From contig JAVKOQ020000001.1 of NCBI GenBank assembly GCA_031835245.2, forward strand, positions 124,001 through 188,000: a stretch of 64,000 nt of DNA, read 5' to 3'. This document shows positions 57,620 through 64,000 of the stretch, piece after piece. The notes beneath the pieces were generated by a model. The model saw nothing but the letters and a program-made list of their open reading frames with translations, was not told where the DNA came from and did no database searches. The number at the start of each line of letters is the position of its first letter. The first letter of the stretch is position 1. This DNA comes from Balamuthia mandrillaris. Taxonomy: Eukaryota. A program made the translations under genes and the position numbers.

Positions 57620-60040
57620 AGGAGTAGGAAGGACCTGTGCACATTCAGCTTGTGCGTTGAAAGGAAATGAAAATGTGGTACTACCAATGGTAATAGGAAA
57701 TTGAGCTGGAAGAGTGCACAATTAATCCATGCAACATTGGCAGGAGAGTACATAAGTAGTGAGACAATTTGATACCGGCATGGTATACAAAATTTGTCAG
57801 GATACTGAGTTGAAGTAGGAAGGATATGTTCACCTCCAGCGAAGAAATTAGTAGGTTCGTTTTTTTGATAGCTAGAGGTTTGTCCAACTCGGACATATTC
57901 AAGACATATAGCATTAGAAGGAATATAAATTGTGGGCTTTGAATTGACCATATATATACACATATGAAGTTTGTAATATACTACAACCAACAGGAGAAAA
58001 AGCCATATTTGTATCATAATTTTCACCATATACTTGCTGCAACTTACTCATATGATCTAGATAGATCGAAGTCTTTGCTCTGTATTTTACCATGTTTAAA
58101 GCCGCTTGTGTGTAGAAAAACTGCTCAGCTGGAAAAAATCTTGATTTAAATATAGAAACATCAAATATAGCACTATTTGACATGCATGCCTTCAGGAAAA
58201 TTATCATTAAAGTGATTGGTGGTATACACTGATGGATTATAGGCTGTTGAGCTAAATTGGGTAATATCATTACTACTAAGGGTGGCTGGCAAGGCACCAC
58301 GAGCCCAAGATTGAAATAAATTTAAGTCTACATTACTAGGATAGTTCTACTGGACTTTTAAAGTAAGATCTTCAATGTTAGAAAGGGCTAATAATACGAA
58401 CAGATGGGGCAAAAACGTATTATTCAAAGAGGGAACAAGGGAACAAAGGGTGTCAAGAGGGAAAGGTGTGGTGTGAATGAAACAAAACTAACTAACGAAA
58501 AGAAAGAAAGAGGGAAGCAACGGAATAAACGGAAGAAGCCTAGTGATGTGACAGCAGGCGATTGGTCCACATCACAGATGTTGACAGAGAGGAAAGGAAA
58601 GGAAAGGGGCAACAGAACTAATATATTGAGAGTAATTCTCAACATAAGGATCATTAGCATGGTGTGTCAAAATATGTTGCACAGAATAAGTTGCTAATGC
58701 TGAAGCAGGCAAAAAAGGCCTCTTATATATACTTGATTAATAACATTATTAGCACAACAAAAGTTTTCACCTTCTGGTATAAGGATTTCAGCCTGATTTG
58801 AAGCATATCTTAAACTACAACAGGAATGATCACAAGTTGTTTGATATGCAACAGTAGAATACATCCAAGAGCGTGCTTATATACATTCTATGAAAAAACA
58901 AATAGTATTTTGGGATTCAGATGCACCTGGATAATAGGGACTTGCTTCCTTATTGTCTCTTGAATAAACAGAAGCAACAACCCCAATAGATTCAACTTTT
59001 GGAGAACTTAAGTCTTCAAAATCATCATCTTTGTATGCTGATTATGTGGCTTTTGTATCAAAGCAATGTGTCCAAGACCAACTACAATCATTAGTTTTTC
59101 TACAAAAATGACAATTTACTTTGTTTGTTTCATAATCATGACAACTTGTAACAGCCGCATCTGTGAATTGCCAAGAGCAACTATATTTATGATTTTTATA
59201 AATGGTAAGGTCACTTAAATCACAAGCATATCCTCCCCAAATTCGATTAGGTTCAGGAAAACTTATTAAGTCATCATATCTAACAAAATGAAGGTTCTGG
59301 GCTGATGGTCTATCCATTGGGGGGTTACCTATTCCTGTTTCATCCTTTTTCCAAATACAATAAGTTGAGCCTCTACTAATATCATTTTGATTGCATTCCT
59401 GTGCAGGATTTGCATTCCAAGAGAAACCATTATCTGGGTCTTTCCACTTATAATAGTAATATGAATGTACATTATTTAGTTCTGAATAAATTTGAAGATG
59501 TTGATAATTGCTCTCTGGTGCAGGTATTTTATCACACCAAGAATCGGTGTTAACACTATAAAAATGAGTCCATTGTAAACAATCCTTTACTAATTCACCA
59601 GCTGAAGTTAAGAATTTTGAATAATGGTTTTGGAATGAAATCATCAACATCATCTTCAACTATAAAAACATAATTCCAATTGAGTTTTTTAGATAAATCA
59701 AGTGTATGAGAATACCATAGCCAACATGGAGTTTTAATGCCTTGTTTAGCAGCCCATTCTTTCGAAATGCTTTTTGTCATAGGGTGAACTCTAGGGCACA
59801 TTGCTTTTTTCAAATCTTCTGATAAAGTTGAATCCACTGATAATGCTTTATGGCAACCTGCATGGTGATTAACACACTTATGAGGATAATAACAAGTTAT
59901 CATAAATGAACAACAAAAACGATCAACTGAAGAACTTTTTATGTCTACATAATCAGCAGTTAAAATGTGGAATTTAAACATTTCTGAGCATCCACAATGA
60001 CAAATACAACAATAACAAATAGTAATACTAGTATTAGCAT
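57620..60040 (-). pseudogene. Diverged pseudogene of protein B, interrupted by an LTR-like insertion
   Basis: MLILVLLFVIVVFVIVDAQKC, CVNHHAGC, AMCPRVHPMTKSISKEWAAKQGI, FVRYDD...RIWGGYACDLSDL and FCIPCR, with many stops and frameshifts. Confidence 0.9.
58389..58644. repeat. Solo-LTR-like repeat, copy 2, inserted in the B pseudogene
   Basis: Reverse complement of 44316-44552. Confidence 0.75.
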
Positions 60041-60233
60041 GTTAACTTGTTTTTAAATTGTTTGTATTTAAAGTTAATTTGAAGATATTTTAAGTCTTTC
60101 TTCACTCAAAAAGGTATTCCTTTTTAAGTATACTCCTTATTAATCATTTCCTTTTTTCCAAGTTATTTGGTTAGAGTAGTAATATTTAAATAAATTTAAA
60201 TGTTTTTTTGTTTTTTTAATATTAAAAAATAAA

Positions 60234-61220
60234 ATGAAACATTATTTTTATATATGCTTTATAGTTATTATCACTTTTAAAATTGTTGTGTCATCTTAAC
60301 AATGTAACTCAACTTATGAGCAATAAAAGTTAAAGTTGAGTCTTACTTTTGAAAGTTTAATATTTGAAGATAAGTTTGGTGTAGCTTATCATCCTACAAT
60401 TGACCTTTTTAAACGCAATCCATACACTCAGCAACTATGGACAATTAGAAATATTCTTGATACAGGCTCATATGGAGCTTTAATGCTTGCTGGTGGATAT
60501 CTTTTAATGGATGATCTTTCTCATCCATATTATCCTTTAATCAAAGAAACAAGACCTGGGTTAATAAACTTGATTAAAGATATACATTCTCAAACAGATT
60601 TAAATAATTGGAAACCTATTTTTGCCACTTTTAAGCATTCAAGGTATCTTAATTTTGATAAACATAAACATGAATACTCTTTTACACGTTCAAAAATTCA
60701 AATACACTGGTTGGCAATATTATTTAGGGTCAACTACTGGTGGATTTATTGCAAAAAGTTCTATTTCACATTTTTATTGTACACTTGGCATATAATCCAC
60801 TAATTATTATTGCAGAACAGAGTCCTTATTGGATGTTTGCAACACTGATTGATTGATATAGCATATGAAATGACAGTTCATGAAGTGAAACACCATAAAC
60901 CAAAAACTAATATTTTTAATGTTTTAATTGATACTGCATTTTCTGCATATGTGTTAACAAATCAAGGTATATATTCTTTAATGTTGTATTTTTTGATTTT
61001 GTTTTAACTGTTGTCTAGATAAATGGGATTCTTCATTTAGTTATAGTATTCCACATACTGTTACAACACTCAGTATGATAATGAAACCTTATTTACTTCA
61101 TAAAGACTCAAAAGACTTAAAATCTTTTTCTTTTGATATAAACACATGATATTTCCATTCTCACGGACTCAACTTTATGGTATAAAAGTAGTGATCTTGT
61201 ACTGGGCGGGTGTTATTAAA
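60234..61220 (+). pseudogene. Diverged pseudogene of protein A
   Basis: FESLIFEDKFGVAYHPTIDLFKRNPYTQQLWTIRNILDTGSYGALMLAGGY; YYLGSTTGGFIAK; FNVLIDT. Intron 1 is at the same position (~60968-61018). Stops and an internal deletion. Confidence 0.9.
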
Positions 61221-61224
61221 ATAC

Positions 61225-61990
61225 TACTTACTTCATTGAGTGTTGTTGAAAAGAAAGCCAAGAGGATGAGGGCCTTAAATCGAGTAGCCAAGGTGGAGTA
61301 TACAGCTGAAGGAGAAAGAGGAACAAGAGCATGGCTATGGCATAACTTCTTGACAAATGGAAGTTGTTTGGTTGGACAACAACGGAGCTTAGTGATTACC
61401 AACCCAAGGAAAGAACGTTTGATGAATGCTATTCGTTGTGGTGGACTGCCCATTGGAAAAAAGTGGGGAGCCATTCAGCAGTCTGAGGAGGATAGTAAGT
61501 GCCCTGCATGTGGTGCTGAGGAAGAAACAGCAGAACACTTCCTGTTAAGATGTCCAAATCTTTGGGAAGATTGCTTTAGAATCTGGAGTGTGGACAATGG
61601 AAATGAAGAACAAGTTAGAAAGCTGATTATAGAGGACTGTACAACAAAGCTCTTGTCAAGTGGAACGAAATGCAACAGAGATCAAGAGATGGAACAATGT
61701 AAGCAAAGTTGTAAAAGAGTCTGGAGATTATGGGCAGCAAGAGCAAGTTGGAAGCATGGAAGTTCTTCTGCATTTTATCAATCTTTGGAAGTAATGTAAA
61801 AGCAAAGAAAAGAGAAGAAAGGAAAGGGAAAGAAAAAGGATAGCAAGATGATACAAAGTTAGTCTGAAATCTCATTCAACACCTTTCACTTGTGAACTAT
61901 CATAACAATTGGAAAGGCATCGAGGATGAGGGAGTAAGAGAAGTAAGAGTACACTATGTATGTACAATGCTTACTTTTTATGTATAGATT
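61225..61990 (+). mobile_element. Non-LTR retrotransposon (LINE) 3' fragment with a CCHC zinc knuckle
   Basis: SKCPACGAEEETAEHFLLRCP followed by VWRLWAAR, typical of a LINE ORF2 C-terminus. It truncates the A pseudogene. Confidence 0.8.
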
Positions 61991-62227
61991 GGTGTTGCTC
62001 TCAGAGCAAATAAACTTCTTATTACTACAATTTCCATCAGTATGTCAATGCTTTTTCATCTGCCTGGGTTTCTTCAACACTATGGCAGTGATCAATCCAG
62101 CTCCACATTGTGATAAGATTAATACAAAAAGGAATTTCCCTTCAATAGTAACTATAGCAAGTACATGCTTGGAATACTAAAAGGGAGAAATGAAAAAGGA
62201 ACAGGATATATGTTGGCAGGTCATATA

Positions 62228-62356
62228 TGACACCTTTCTAATGGGTACAATGCAAAATGATCCAAAAAATTTGGCTCACAATTCCACTCAAAATTTACTA
62301 CCAATTTTTGGATGATTTTTCCCATTTCATATCCCCTTGTCATCAGAATATTGTCA
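62228..62356. mobile_element. Second copy of the 125-bp MITE
   Basis: TATA-TGACACC...TTGTCA-TATA, with an interior similar to 40967-41091. Confidence 0.8.
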
Positions 62357-63577
62357 TATACAGGAGGGCATGGACATAAGGATACTGTAACTGACCCAAA
62401 CTATTGGTCAATATTAAAACCAAAGTATGGCTTTGCCAGTCCTCCAAGGTAGGGACTGTGGAGGGCAGATCAATTATGGTGAGTAGTAAGGACCTTAAGA
62501 AGGAAAAGGTGGAACTCTCTGGCATTGTGCTGGCTGAGGAGGGGCATCATAGTGCTGCCTACTGGTCTGACATTGTGAATGAGGAAGGGGATGAGTCCTT
62601 TTATAATAGAAAGGAAAGAGTGGCATCCATTCTCCACACTCTAGATTTTAAAGAGATCTTTCCAAAGATTTGGACATCCTGATAGTGTTCTGTTTCTTCC
62701 TCAAGAATTGCATGCAGGGCACTTATTATCCTCTTCAGACTACTGAATGGCTTCCCACTTTTTTCTAATGAGCAATCCACAACAGATTTCATCAGTCATT
62801 CTTTCCTTGTAATTACTAAGCTTTGTTGTTGTCCAACCACATATCTTTCATTTGTCAAGAAGTAATGCGTTTGTATCCTATGCTCTTGTATCCTCTTTCT
62901 CTTTACTCAAGTTAAGGTCCTTATCCTCTTGGCTTTCTTTTCAACATTACTCATTTATTATACCTTTCATTGCTCATTCTCTACCCAAGATAGAGGTGAC
63001 AGAAGTGCAGGGTCATTGTGTAGAAAAAAAAAGGGTCAGAAAACAATGGTAAACTCTCTTGCAAACTAAAATTTCTCTATGAAAATATACCCACCACTAC
63101 TCCGAACCATAGTGCATCGAATGCAAGTAGTTTCACCTTTCAAGAATTTTATTCTCTACCTGAGATAAAGTTGGCAAAAGAGCATGGGTCACTTTGTAAA
63201 GAAAAAAGAAAGATCAGAAAAAATATCAAACTAGTATACACTATGAAAACATACATACCACTATTAAAAATGGCAAAGCCAAAAAGTAAGATCAATGGTC
63301 TGTGTTTATGACACATTGAACAATTCTGCCCAGGCTGAGGGTTGTGAAATTATCTCATCCTGTAATTTCACTGTCATGAAGGTAAGTAAACAAAGCAAGA
63401 GGCAAAGGCAAGCAAAGAACCATCCAGAAAAATAACTTTAACAAATGAACAGTAAATGGTTAGTTCCTATCAAACAACACCTTGGTTTAGTGTCATCATC
63501 ACTCCTTTTTGTTAACTTGCTTTGTGAATTGTTTTGTTATTTATTGAGAATCAAGGGGACTGTGCTCACTCCCATTC

Positions 63578-64000
63578 TCCTGCAGTTTAACTGCCTTTTC
63601 TCTTCTTCTGCCATAGCACTGAAGAAACCAACACAGATAACAAAGATGAAAGACACTCATGTAATACCTTTTTTCTCCTTTATGAGACGACTGTATGCCT
63701 GATCCCAAGACTGTAGAGGATGGATAGACAGATGGACGAATAGATGGTTGAAAAGACTTCCATGTGGCTTTTGCTGTCCTTGAACAGGCTAGCTCTTGGC
63801 ATTCTGTTGCTGGCAGAATACAACTATACCTTCATTAACATCCTCTGAGGAACTAGCAGGCAGTGTAATAGGTCTCCAGTCAGTGCAAAGTGTTGAGCTG
63901 TGCTGCTTTCTTTCCCAACGAACAATATAGACTATAATACTGATTCAAGTGCACAACAAACTATGAAGATAAAGACCAACAGAAACTTTATAAACAGTTG
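63578..64000. repeat. Near-identical inverted duplicate of 54122-54544 (continues past the window end)
   Basis: Direct reverse-complement match. Confidence 0.92.

Noticed and set aside
1..64000. tRNA or rRNA genes
   Set aside because: No cloverleaf or rRNA-like sequence recognised by eye. tRNAscan-SE or Infernal would be needed to exclude them.

Overview
Eukaryotic (protist) genomic DNA. Spliceosomal introns full of microsatellites and an ABP34-family gene suggest a free-living amoebozoan such as Balamuthia; this is inference only. The window has two compartments. About 1-23.8 kb is gene-dense: TSR2, proteasome alpha-2, PI synthase, GatB, a decayed piggyBac element, RNR large subunit, an ABP34-like gene, an orphan secreted gene and a calpain-III/ankyrin gene. 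About 24-64 kb is increasingly AT-rich and full of transposon debris: Copia fragments, two Sola2-like copies, two PIF/Harbinger-ISL2EU transposases, LINE 3' ends, LTR-like repeats, a 125-bp MITE and possible KDZ remnants. The only intact non-TE genes I can see there encode signal-peptide proteins. The most notable observation is a head-to-head pair of unrecognised secreted proteins: A (467 aa, 25052-26578 minus) and B (730 aa, Cys/Trp-rich, 26809-29001 plus). The same arrangement recurs as a diverged, decayed pair at about 57.6-61.2 kb. There is also a stand-alone copy of B's C-terminal domain (17.1-18.3 kb) and a recent inverted partial copy of A (39.7-40.8 kb). Together these suggest a co-regulated two-component secreted module that is being duplicated and lost. 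A 15-bp telobox-like motif (CGCTAACCCTAACCT) recurs upstream of the housekeeping genes. All family calls come from motif recognition by eye; no searches were run.
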